From Fidelibacterota bacterium (GTDB taxonomy: Bacteria > Fidelibacterota > Marinisomatia > Marinisomatales > S15-B10): a stretch of 35,775 nt of DNA. The translations under genes were made by a program, and so were the position numbers. Position 1 is the stretch's first letter; every line of letters starts with the position of its first letter. The stretch covers positions 20,460-56,234 of the forward strand of contig PBTS01000006.1 of NCBI GenBank assembly GCA_002729175.1, in the 5' to 3' direction. A model generated the notes under the pieces. The model saw nothing but the letters and a program-made list of their open reading frames with translations, searched no databases and had not been told where the DNA came from. This document shows, piece by piece, positions 1-8,741 of this stretch.

Positions 1-1683
1 AATTGTGGTTGGAGCCAAAAGAACAACCTGCTTCCCATCAGCAACAGCCTTAAGGGCTGCTCGGATAGCGACCTCAGTTTTCCCAAAACCCACATCACCG
101 CAAACAAGCCGATCCATAGGGGATTTAGCTTCCATATCCCGGCGCACATCTTCATAGCACGCCATTTGGTCAACCGTTTCTATGAAAGGGAATGTTTCTG
201 TAAGGCGGTCAAGCATTTCCCCGTCTTTTGAAAAAGAAAAGCCGTCAACCCCCTGCCTCTCACCATACATTTGAATAAACTGGTCTACAACCTCTCCAAC
301 AGAACGCCCCGTTTTCTGTTTTGATCGTTGCCAGCGGCCTGTCCTGAGGTCTGTAAGACCAGGGCTTTCTCCAGAGCCCACATATGGATGGACGGAATCA
401 AGGCGATCCAAGGGAACGTGAACCACGTCACCATGTTTAAACTCAAGAGAAACACACTCGGTTTTAACAGAAGCTTTTAAAACACAGGAAAGACCCTTAT
501 AGAGCCCGATACCCAAGTCTTCATGAACAACGGGCCCCTCCCAAGGCAAGCTAGCAAGGCTATCGGACCACTCAAGGGAAATCACCGCTTTATCAGAAGT
601 AGAGGAGGGCAAGCTTGGCAGGTTAATAACATGGTCTAGCGAAACCCAAAAAACACCGAGAGGCACCGAGGAAAAGGCGCCAGAAAAAGGTATGTTGCTA
701 ACAGAAAAGGAATTAAGAAGACCAGATCTTTGAGCCTGGTCAGTGAACACCTCCGGCAAAAAAACACGGTGTTCAGAAACCTGTTTATCTTGAAGGCGCA
801 AAACCAACTCTGAAAAAGCTTTTGGGTTGTTATAAAAACCTCGATGAGAAACACAACCAAGATCGATCGAAAAAGACTTTTTTATCCCGTAAAAAGGCTG
901 AAGGTTATAAATGTTGGGTGAACCAGACGGTTCAACCGAAAGATAAAAGGAGTCAAGCGTGTTATCGTGGCGATCAACACCCATTTTTTCCGAGATAGGC
1001 TTTAATGGTGCGGACAAAAAGACCTTCTTTTTGTCAACAGGTTTGATCATTCTTTGGGTGTAGGGGTCAAACGTTCGGACGGAAGAAAGGCCACCCTCAG
1101 AAAACTCGAGCCTAAGTGGTTCGGTAGCACCAAAAGGGAAAACATCCACCACGGCCCCACGAAGGGCATAGAAGCCAGGGGCCTTAACAAGAGGGACCTT
1201 CTCCATTTTCCAAGCCTTAAAGAACGAGACAAGCGCATCACGGCCTAGAACAGAAGAAAGCTTAATCCCCTCACTTGAACCACCCCCCAAACAAGTCCTA
1301 ACACGGCCTGTCCATTGACGAGGAACAATAAGAAGAGGAACCTCACTAAACGCAAAAAGATTTAAAATGTGGATATCTGCCCCCTGAAGCTGTTCACCCT
1401 CTCCAGCCCCAGCCAAAAACAACGAAAACTCGGGCACCAGCAGAGCCAACGATTCAGACAGGTTCTTCCGGAGAGAATAATCTTCAATTGAAACAACACA
1501 TCTTTTTGTTTTTAAACGAGTTAAAACAATTAAAAGAAAAGGCAACAAAGAACCAGGTATGTTAAGGTAGGAGAGATCAGGGGTCGGCTCTTTATCGAAA
1601 GAGTCTCGAATCCGACAAAGAAGAGACAGTATTAAATCATCTAAAGAAACGGTCGAAACCGTTTCACGTGAAACAGGGATCAT
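1..1683 (-). CDS. mfd: Transcription-repair coupling factor Mfd, 5' part (runs off left edge; absent from ORF track)
   Basis: Read by hand: frame open from ATG 1683 (ATGA overlap with mnmG stop) to base 1. Contains PGFYALRGAVVDVFP and RTFDPYTQR (UvrB-homology part), VVHEDLGIGLYKGL (CarD/RID) and MDRLVCGDVGFGKTEVAIRAA...LAPTT (Walker A/motif Ia). Exact start uncertain. Confidence 0.93.
   Translation of the reverse strand, partial: MIPVSRETVSTVSLDDLILSLLCRIRDSFDKEPTPDLSYLNIPGSLLPFLLIVLTRLKTKRCVVSIEDYSLRKNLSESLALLVPEFSLFLAGAGEGEQLQGADIHILNLFAFSEVPLLIVPRQWTGRVRTCLGGGSSEGIKLSSVLGRDALVSFFKAWKMEKVPLVKAPGFYALRGAVVDVFPFGATEPLRLEFSEGGLSSVRTFDPYTQRMIKPVDKKKVFLSAPLKPISEKMGVDRHDNTLDSFYLSVEPSGSPNIYNLQPFYGIKKSFSIDLGCVSHRGFYNNPKAFSELVLRLQDKQVSEHRVFLPEVFTDQAQRSGLLNSFSVSNIPFSGAFSSVPLGVFWVSLDHVINLPSLPSSTSDKAVISLEWSDSLASLPWEGPVVHEDLGIGLYKGLSCVLKASVKTECVSLEFKHGDVVHVPLDRLDSVHPYVGSGESPGLTDLRTGRWQRSKQKTGRSVGEVVDQFIQMYGERQGVDGFSFSKDGEMLDRLTETFPFIETVDQMACYEDVRRDMEAKSPMDRLVCGDVGFGKTEVAIRAALKAVADGKQVVLLAPTTI
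1660..1675. promoter_or_regulatory. parS: parS site (ParB loading)
   Basis: cGTTTCACGTGAAACA, 15/16 match to consensus TGTTTCACGTGAAACA; origin-proximal. Confidence 0.9.
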
Positions 1684-3560
1684 TGAGCAGCCAAAAAGAC
1701 CGCCAAAACCCCAACATCTGCAGGGGAAACTCCAGAAATACGAGACGCTTGGCCAAGGGTTTCGGGCCGAACAACACTAAGTTTGTCGCGCGCCTCAGAA
1801 GAAAGGGCTCGACATTCATTAAAACCAAAAGACGGTGGGATTCGAACAGACTCGTTTTGAGCCAATCTTTTAATTAAAGAATCTTGGCGTTTGATATAAC
1901 CCTCATATTTAATGGAGGTTTCTAGCTCATCAATAAGGTCTTCCTGTTGTTCCGTCGAAAACCCACTGAAACCAAGAGAGACAACACCTTTTTCGGCCAA
2001 CATTCTTAAGCCAACCGGGGGACGTCGGAGAAGGTCTGCTAAAGAAATTTTCTCAGTAGCGTGCGGTTCCCCAAGAGAAGAAAGAAAAGAGTTAATGCTT
2101 TCAAGATCCGGCCGAAATTGACGCAACTTTTTTATCTCCCGGCTTAAAAAGCCTCGTTTTTTGGTAACAGCGCTTAATAAAAAGTCATTTAGCAGGCCGA
2201 TCTTATAGCTTGTCGGAGAAAGACGAAGGTCCGCATTTGTGTGACGAAGCAAAAGACGGTACTCAGCACGGGCCGTAAACATTCGATAGGGCTCCAAGGT
2301 TTCTTTTGTAACTAGGTCATCAATTAATACGCCGAGATAAGCTTCGTTACGCTGGAGGATTAGGGGCTCATTACCCAAAAAATGCATGGCCGCGTTAATG
2401 CCGGCAAGTAAACCCTGGGCGCCAGCCTCTTCATAGCCTGACGTTCCGTTAATCTGCCCAGCGAAGAAAAGGCCACGGACAGCCTTTGTCTCAAGGGAAG
2501 CCTTTAGTTGTGATGGTAGAAAAAAGTCGTATTCAATGGCATAGCCCGGCCTATATAAAGAAACGTTTTTTAATCCGGGGACAGTTCGGAGAGCTCCCAA
2601 CTGTACACCCTCAGGGAGGCTTGTTGAAAAACCATTTGTATATATCTGGTCAGAACCTGCCCACTCGGGCTCTAGGAAAAGATGGTGGCTGTCCCTTTCA
2701 GCAAAACGGACCACCTTATCCTCAATAGAGGGACAATAACGAGGACCTACGCCCTCTATTTCATTGCAATATAAGGGGGACTCTGAAAGGCTCCCCAAAA
2801 TAATCTCATGAGTAATGGTGTTGGTGTTAGTTGTATGACACGGAACGTTTGGCGGATTGAAATTGGTTGTTCGAAAAGAGAAAGGCCTAGGGTTTTTATC
2901 TCCAAAGACCTCTTCGACCTTGTCCCAATCAATAGAATTTGATCGAAGACGTGGTGGGGTACCGGTTTTTAAGCGACCAGAAGTAAAACCTAAAGAAAGA
3001 AGGGACTCAGTGATACCGTCAGAGGCTTCCTCACCCATTCTCCCGGCACATATTTTTCTCCTTCCAATATGGACAACACCATTAAGGAAGGTTCCACAGG
3101 TTAGCACAAGAGACTGACAAGAGACAGTTGTTTGTCCACCTATTGTAACCCCACAAACAAAACCTTTTTTTGTTAAAACTTTCCGGGCCTCACCCTCAAC
3201 AATATCCAGGTTCGGCTTAGATTGAACCGAGAAAGAGGCAAGAGATTCATAATGTTTCTTGTCAATTTGTGTTCGAGGAGACCAAACAGCCTTCCCTTTT
3301 GATTTGTTTAGCATTTTAAACTGAATTCCAGCAGCGTCAGCCAAGCAACCCATTTCTCCGCCAAGAGCATCAATTTCACGGACAAGATGTCCTTTGGCAA
3401 GGCCTCCGATGGCAGGATTACAAGACATTCGACCAATTGAAGAGGCATCCAGGGTAATGAGGGCGACCTGAAGTCCCAACCGGGCCGGAGCTAAAGCCGC
3501 CTCAATTCCGGCGTGGCCCCCACCAACCACCACCACATCGTATTTTTTCTTTAAGTTCAT
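1680..3560 (-). CDS. mnmG: tRNA uridine-5-carboxymethylaminomethyl(34) synthesis enzyme MnmG (GidA)
   Basis: YDVVVVGGGHAGIEAA, MSCNPAIGGLAKGHLVREIDALGG, GPRYCPSIEDK, AGQINGTSGYEEA motifs. Start placed at ATG 3560 (MNLKKK), just past parS. Confidence 0.97.
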   Translation of the reverse strand: MNLKKKYDVVVVGGGHAGIEAALAPARLGLQVALITLDASSIGRMSCNPAIGGLAKGHLVREIDALGGEMGCLADAAGIQFKMLNKSKGKAVWSPRTQIDKKHYESLASFSVQSKPNLDIVEGEARKVLTKKGFVCGVTIGGQTTVSCQSLVLTCGTFLNGVVHIGRRKICAGRMGEEASDGITESLLSLGFTSGRLKTGTPPRLRSNSIDWDKVEEVFGDKNPRPFSFRTTNFNPPNVPCHTTNTNTITHEIILGSLSESPLYCNEIEGVGPRYCPSIEDKVVRFAERDSHHLFLEPEWAGSDQIYTNGFSTSLPEGVQLGALRTVPGLKNVSLYRPGYAIEYDFFLPSQLKASLETKAVRGLFFAGQINGTSGYEEAGAQGLLAGINAAMHFLGNEPLILQRNEAYLGVLIDDLVTKETLEPYRMFTARAEYRLLLRHTNADLRLSPTSYKIGLLNDFLLSAVTKKRGFLSREIKKLRQFRPDLESINSFLSSLGEPHATEKISLADLLRRPPVGLRMLAEKGVVSLGFSGFSTEQQEDLIDELETSIKYEGYIKRQDSLIKRLAQNESVRIPPSFGFNECRALSSEARDKLSVVRPETLGQASRISGVSPADVGVLAVFLAAQ

Positions 3561-3576
3561 AGTTTCACGTGAAACA
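3561..3576. promoter_or_regulatory. parS: parS site (ParB loading)
   Basis: aGTTTCACGTGAAACA, 15/16 consensus; fills the entire 16-bp mnmE-mnmG gap. Confidence 0.9.
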
Positions 3577-4962
3577 CTATTTACCAATACAGAACGTTGA
3601 AAAAATATTATCTAAAATATCATCAACAGAGGTTAAGCCCAATATTTCATCAAGATGTGAAACCGCCTCTCGAAGCTCTACAGAAAGCACTTCAGGAGAG
3701 TCGTTTGAATCTATAATAAAAAGCGCCCTCTCAAGAGAGCTGGCAACAGAGTCAAGAGAAAGCTTGTGTCGAGAGTTTGTAAGAACCAAACCCCCAGAAA
3801 GAGAGGGGCGGCCAACAAGTTTACTATAAATAAACTTTATTAGATTTTTGACCCCATCTCCTCGAAGGGCAGAAGTTGTGGCAACCCCAAGGCTTTTTGA
3901 ACCCCAAGCCTTTTTTGTACCATTGTTTAACAGGTCAGACTTATTTAAAACATGGATGACAGGCTTGGAACAATTAAAGGTTTTTATCTCCTTTTCAACA
4001 GCGCCTTTTGGTAAAGAAAGATCAATCACATTTAAAACAAGATCTGCGTTCTCTAAGTATTGGTGGGTGAAACCCATGCCGAGACCCTCAACGGCATCGT
4101 CAGAGCGCCTAATGCCAGCGGTATCAACCAAGCGTACGGGAAAGTTGTTAATTAGAAAAGGAACCTCGACGGCATCACGTGTTGTGCCGGGTTTTTCTGA
4201 CACAATAGTTCTTTCTTCAGAAAGAATTGCGTTCAACAAGCTTGATTTTCCAACATTTGGTTTTCCCACAAAGGCAATTAACGCTCCGTGCTGCAGCATT
4301 TTTCCGGTACTGTATGTGGAAAGGACATCTTTTGTTTGAGACAACACGTTAAACACAAGAGCCCTCTTTTCTTTGGTTGGGGTTGGGGTTATTTCATCCT
4401 CGGTGAAATCAAGTTCACCCTCCAGCGTGGAGACCAAATCAAAAAGGGAATGCTTTAGCTTTAATATGAGGGTTGAAAACTTTCCAGATAGAATTTTATA
4501 GCTAGCTTCTTTCCCCGCGGACGATTCAGACATAATAACATCAGCAACAGCCTCTGCCTGGCAGAGATCCATTTTTCCGTTCAAAAACGCGCGTCGTGTA
4601 AACTCACCAGGTTGAGCCACCACACAACCAAACGAGTAACATGCCTCCAATAGCTCCGCACAAACAACAGTGCCCCCATGACAAGAGAGCTCAACAACAT
4701 CTTCGCCTGTATACGAATGTGGAGCCGGAAAATAGGTCAGAATACCAGAGTCAATCTCAAGCCCAACAGGAGAACAAAAGGGCGTATATAGGGCGTATCT
4801 TGGCTTAATTTTTTCTTTTCCACACAAATTTTGAGCGACAAAATAGGCGCCTGGACCACTAATCCGTATAACCGCCAAACCACTAACCCCCTCTGGGGTT
4901 GCAAGAGAAGCAATGGTTGTATTCAGATCGGAGGATGGAGAAGCATCACCCGGAGAAGTCAT
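3577..4962 (-). CDS. mnmE: tRNA modification GTPase MnmE (TrmE)
   Basis: TIASLATP..VIRISG, SYTGEDVVELSCHG, GEFTRRAFLNGK, GKPNVGKSSL, GTTRD, DTAG, NKSD, C-terminal FCIGK. Confidence 0.97.
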   Translation of the reverse strand: MTSPGDASPSSDLNTTIASLATPEGVSGLAVIRISGPGAYFVAQNLCGKEKIKPRYALYTPFCSPVGLEIDSGILTYFPAPHSYTGEDVVELSCHGGTVVCAELLEACYSFGCVVAQPGEFTRRAFLNGKMDLCQAEAVADVIMSESSAGKEASYKILSGKFSTLILKLKHSLFDLVSTLEGELDFTEDEITPTPTKEKRALVFNVLSQTKDVLSTYSTGKMLQHGALIAFVGKPNVGKSSLLNAILSEERTIVSEKPGTTRDAVEVPFLINNFPVRLVDTAGIRRSDDAVEGLGMGFTHQYLENADLVLNVIDLSLPKGAVEKEIKTFNCSKPVIHVLNKSDLLNNGTKKAWGSKSLGVATTSALRGDGVKNLIKFIYSKLVGRPSLSGGLVLTNSRHKLSLDSVASSLERALFIIDSNDSPEVLSVELREAVSHLDEILGLTSVDDILDNIFSTFCIGK

Positions 4963-6686
4963 TTCTTCTTTTTAGGTAAGTTTGCCACCTCTTTGGGGTG
5001 AACCATATATTTTTGTTGAAGAATTGTCAAAACATTGAAGAGCGTGTAGTATAGGTTAAGGCCCGAGGGAAACTGGTTGAAAAGAACAACAAAAAAGACA
5101 GACATAAATTGAGTCATCATTTTTTGTTGAGGATTAGCCTGTGTCGCCGACATTTTCTGTTGAACAAACATGGAAACACCCATTAGAAGAGGCAAAAGAC
5201 TAATCTGGCTTCCATATAGCGGAAGGGAGAAAGGTAGGGGGATGAGGGCATCTGGTTGGGAAAGGTCATCTATCCAGAGCACGAATGGAGCGCCACGAAG
5301 TTCAATGGTGGATCGAAAAACAATAAAAAGGGCGAACAGAAGGGGCATTTGAAGAAGCATAGGGAGACAACCCCCAAGCGGATTTACCCCACGTTCTTTG
5401 TACATCTTCATGGTTTCTTTGTTAAGTCTTTGGGGATCGCCCTGGTATTTGTCCTTAAGCTTCGCAATCTCTGGCTGAAGGATTTGCATTGCTTTCATAG
5501 ACTGATAACTTTTTTTAGTTAGTGGATAGACTACAATTTTAACAAGCACCGAAAAAATTATGAGCACCACACCATAATTGGGGATAACACCATGAAAGGT
5601 CTTTAAAAGATATAAAACACCCCTGCCAATTCCGCGTATAGGGGAGATTCCAAAACTCATAGAGTTTTCGAGGCCGACATCAAGAGATTTTAAATTATTA
5701 TATTGTAGAGGACCAAGATAGACAATTGCTGCGGCTGGGGCAGCGGAAGAAAAGCTAACAGCCATATCGTACAAGGGCGCTTTACCATTAGATTCAGAGG
5801 AGCCACCAGTTCTTGCGCTAACCTCTCCGTAATTACTACTGGAGGTGGGGATTATTGCGGCGGTAAAGTATTTTGACCTGACAGCGGTCCAATCAGTCCT
5901 TCCTGTGGAAGAGACGACGTTGCCATCCTTTCCGTTGTGTTTAGTAATCTCGCGACCCTGGGAAAGGTTGGCGGCATAAAAACTAGCTTCATCGCTTTTG
6001 TTGGGCTCCGTTGAAGGGACACCACCCCTCCAAATAAGAGTAAATCGTTCTTGGGACATCATCTTGCTACCAACGCTTTGTAAATCCATCTCTAATCCAA
6101 TGGTGTAGCTTCCGGGATTAAATGTAAAGGCCTTATTAATAATTTGTCCATTAATCGTTGAAAAAAAATCAATTGACCCAGCCTCACTTAATATATCTAA
6201 AGTATCTTTATGAGCGTGTCGACCAGATAGCTCCCAAACATTGTCAAGAGTTACGCTTTCGCCCGAAAAACCCCTGAATTTTATTAAAAGATTTCCTTGG
6301 TTTATTTCTTTTACAACAAGATCGACCAAAGAGGAATCATTTAAAGGATAGTTTTTTAATACAAAGGAAACAAAAGAACCCCCACCACGGGAAGAGACAC
6401 CAGCGACATAGAGAGGTGTCTCAACGTAAACAATTTTTTCTTCAGAAAGGGGCTTTACCATCTCGTCTTCATCATATCTTTTAGCAAAACCGCCCCTTTG
6501 AACAGGTGTGTTAGAAGGAGCAGGAGACGACGAACTGGTCGAAGGCTCTTTAACAGGCTCAAAACCTGTTTCTTGACCGTCTTCTTGGGGAGGTGGTGGA
6601 GCCAGACCGATCATTTCATAGTAATAAGGCATACCCATTAAGATGAGAGCAATAATAAGAAAAGCTAAAACAGTATTTTTATCCAT
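4959..6686 (-). CDS. yidC: Membrane protein insertase YidC
   Basis: N-terminal TM, large periplasmic domain with KYF motif, NYGVVLIIFS..K..YPLT, NPLGGCLPMLLQMP, WIDDLSQPD, PSGLNLYY. Confidence 0.96.
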   Translation of the reverse strand: MDKNTVLAFLIIALILMGMPYYYEMIGLAPPPPQEDGQETGFEPVKEPSTSSSSPAPSNTPVQRGGFAKRYDEDEMVKPLSEEKIVYVETPLYVAGVSSRGGGSFVSFVLKNYPLNDSSLVDLVVKEINQGNLLIKFRGFSGESVTLDNVWELSGRHAHKDTLDILSEAGSIDFFSTINGQIINKAFTFNPGSYTIGLEMDLQSVGSKMMSQERFTLIWRGGVPSTEPNKSDEASFYAANLSQGREITKHNGKDGNVVSSTGRTDWTAVRSKYFTAAIIPTSSSNYGEVSARTGGSSESNGKAPLYDMAVSFSSAAPAAAIVYLGPLQYNNLKSLDVGLENSMSFGISPIRGIGRGVLYLLKTFHGVIPNYGVVLIIFSVLVKIVVYPLTKKSYQSMKAMQILQPEIAKLKDKYQGDPQRLNKETMKMYKERGVNPLGGCLPMLLQMPLLFALFIVFRSTIELRGAPFVLWIDDLSQPDALIPLPFSLPLYGSQISLLPLLMGVSMFVQQKMSATQANPQQKMMTQFMSVFFVVLFNQFPSGLNLYYTLFNVLTILQQKYMVHPKEVANLPKKKK

Positions 6687-6976
6687 TAGTCAGGAACAGG
6701 ATCATGCCCACTGGCACCCAAAGGGTGACACTTAACCAACCTTTTTAAGCTTAACAGCAGAGCTTTCCCAGGAGAATGTTTTTGAAACGCTTCTAGTGCA
6801 TATTGAGAGCATGAGGGGCCAAAACGACACGAGGGAAGGGAAAAAGGGGACAAGAGGAGCTGGTATGCCCGAATTAAGAACGTTGCCGTAAAGGACAAAA
6901 TAACGGACGCAACCTGGAAAAACCCACGGGGTAGAGAAAAGAGAAAAAACCAAAACCGCTTCAGGAGAGACGGCAT
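6686..6976 (-). CDS. yidD: Membrane protein insertion efficiency factor YidD
   Basis: [23 protein letters not shown]...KCHP...GHDPVP; position next to yidC. Confidence 0.93.
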   Translation of the reverse strand: MPSLLKRFWFFLFSLPRGFFQVASVILSFTATFLIRAYQLLLSPFSLPSCRFGPSCSQYALEAFQKHSPGKALLLSLKRLVKCHPLGASGHDPVPD

Positions 6977-7003
6977 AAGATTATCGAAAAATAAGACGCG
7001 TGG

Positions 7004-7138
7004 TTAAGCCGAGACCCTCTTTCTCCCCTTCTTTCGTCTGCGGCTCAGGACACGTTTGCCGCCAGGAGAGGAAGAGCGGGAACGGAAGCCGTGTTTGTTT
7101 TTCCGCTTGCGCTTACTCGGTTGATAAGTCCTTTTCAT
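7004..7138 (-). CDS. rpmH: 50S ribosomal protein L34 (44 aa; not in ORF track)
   Basis: Hand translation: [44 protein letters not shown]. Confidence 0.97.
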   Translation of the reverse strand: MKRTYQPSKRKRKNKHGFRSRSSSPGGKRVLSRRRKKGRKRVSA

Positions 7139-7314
7139 AATAAACCATTTTTCAGTCGGTGAAATTAACTATTAAAGAATACCTCAGCAACGATTCCTTA
7201 ATATCTGCTTTATGTGTATTTGTTGTATCAAAAAACTGTATTTTCCGCTTGATATCAGAGGAGTGATATGGATAAATTTACACCCCCACCACGGTGTGGA
7301 TAAGTTGTGGATAA
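7139..7314. promoter_or_regulatory. Probable oriC / dnaA control region with DnaA boxes
   Basis: AT-rich rpmH-dnaA gap. Perfect TGTGGATAA boxes at 7295-7303 and 7306-7314, one-mismatch box TATGGATAA at 7267-7275. Gene orientation diverges here, C-rich to G-rich plus-strand bias flips (by eye), and parS sites are nearby. Confidence 0.7.
7268..7303 (+). other. Candidate 11-aa leader peptide MDKFTPPPRCG upstream of dnaA
   Basis: AGAGGAG SD at 7257-7263, ATG 7268, TAA 7301-7303; same frame as dnaA, whose GTG follows 3 nt after the stop. Confidence 0.35.
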
Positions 7315-8677
7315 AACTATTTTAACAGCATCAGACGTCTGGACAAATTTATCAGAAGAGGTTCAGTCTTTAATTAGTAAGCAAACCTTTGCCACCTGGT
7401 TTGAACCTATACAAGCTGTTGGTCTTGACGAAAAAAGTCTTACTCTAGAAGTACCAAGCAAGTTCTATTATGAATGGATAGACAAACACTATCGAGATCT
7501 ATTGCTTTCAAAACTAAAAATGGCCACAGGAAAAGATTTAAAAGTCCGTTACAGCGTGGTGGTAGGAGAAGAAGCAGATAATGGTGAAAGTGTTAAAGAG
7601 CCCAAGATGTTTACGGATCAGCGACGCGATGTGAGGCAATACTATGATAGCGGCAGTAGACTAAATAGGCGCTACACCTTCGATAGCTTTGTGGAGGGAT
7701 CAAATAATCAACTGGCAAAAGCCGCCTCTGTTTCTGTAGCTAATTCGCCAGGACAAACATCATTTAATCCACTGGTCATTTACGGCGGTGTCGGACTGGG
7801 AAAGACACATCTACTCCAAGCTATTGGAAATAAAGTGTTGCAACGATCACCTACGCCACGTGTTCATTATACCACAAGTGAAAAATTTACAATCGATTTT
7901 ATTTCAGCAATTCAAAATAATAACAGTTCTTCGTTTTCGGAAAGACACAGAAATGTTGAGACCCTATTGGTTGACGACATTCAGTTTTTTCAGAAAAAGG
8001 AACAAACCCAGGAACAGTTTTTTCATACGTTTAACGATCTTTATCAAAGAGGAAAACAGGTTGTTTTAACAACCGACCGTCACCCTAGTGAATTGTACGG
8101 GCTGAAGGACCGACTGCTTTCTCGGTTTCAATCTGGTTTAATTGTTGATATTCAGGCACCCAACCTGGAAACCCGAATAGCAATCCTTCAGAAAAAGGCA
8201 GAAGAGGACAAACTAGAAATACCCTATGAGATAACAGAACTTATCGCAACAAATATCCGTGGAAACATACGTGAAATGGAAGGAGCTCTTATCAAGCTAC
8301 TGGCTTATTCATCACTGTCGCATTCGGACATTACCATGCCTCTGGCCAAACGAGCACTCCGTGAAACTTTAGGTAGATCTGGTACAAAAACAGTTTCCAT
8401 TGACGATGTAATACAAAGTGTGAGTGAAGCCATGGACGTGCCAGAAAAAAAGTTGATTGGTCGCGGACGCAAAATGGATGTAGCTGGGGCTAGGCAGGTA
8501 GCCATGTATTTGTCCAGAGAAATTGTGGGAACCTCACTGGAAAATATAGGGATGCACTTTGGAGGGCGAGACCATTCTACTGTAATACACGCTTGTCGGG
8601 CGGTAAAAGAAAAGATGAAAGAAAAGTCTGATCTTCGTCGCCGCGTTGACGGGATTCGTTCACAGCTCGAATTCTAG
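7307..8677 (+). CDS. dnaA: Chromosomal replication initiator DnaA
   Basis: LNRRYTFDSFVEG.NN, NPLVIYGGVGLGKTHL, LLVDDIQF, RLLSRF, NIREMEGAL, FGGRDHSTVIHA. Confidence 0.98.
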   Translation: MDKTILTASDVWTNLSEEVQSLISKQTFATWFEPIQAVGLDEKSLTLEVPSKFYYEWIDKHYRDLLLSKLKMATGKDLKVRYSVVVGEEADNGESVKEPKMFTDQRRDVRQYYDSGSRLNRRYTFDSFVEGSNNQLAKAASVSVANSPGQTSFNPLVIYGGVGLGKTHLLQAIGNKVLQRSPTPRVHYTTSEKFTIDFISAIQNNNSSSFSERHRNVETLLVDDIQFFQKKEQTQEQFFHTFNDLYQRGKQVVLTTDRHPSELYGLKDRLLSRFQSGLIVDIQAPNLETRIAILQKKAEEDKLEIPYEITELIATNIRGNIREMEGALIKLLAYSSLSHSDITMPLAKRALRETLGRSGTKTVSIDDVIQSVSEAMDVPEKKLIGRGRKMDVAGARQVAMYLSREIVGTSLENIGMHFGGRDHSTVIHACRAVKEKMKEKSDLRRRVDGIRSQLEF

Positions 8678-8694
8678 GATATAAACTCAAAACC

Positions 8695-8739
8695 TTTACT
8701 TTCACAAGGAAACGATATAACTTTGTACGCTTTTTGTAC
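8695..8739 (+). promoter_or_regulatory. lexA promoter with candidate LexA operator GTAC-N7-GTAC
   Basis: TTTACT(8695)-N17-TAACTT(8718). TTTGTAC repeated at 8722 and 8733, giving GTAC(8725)-N7-GTAC(8736) between -10 and ATG. Confidence 0.6.
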
Positions 8740-8741
8740 TC

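Noticed and set aside
3561-3587. N-terminal extension MVNSVSRET on MnmG in the ORF track
   Set aside because: It is the translation of parS plus the mnmE end; the conserved protein starts at ATG 3560.
6732-6953. 73-aa minus-strand ORF as a hidden rnpA
   Set aside because: No RNR motif or RnpA-like basic pattern; it is an alternative frame of yidD.
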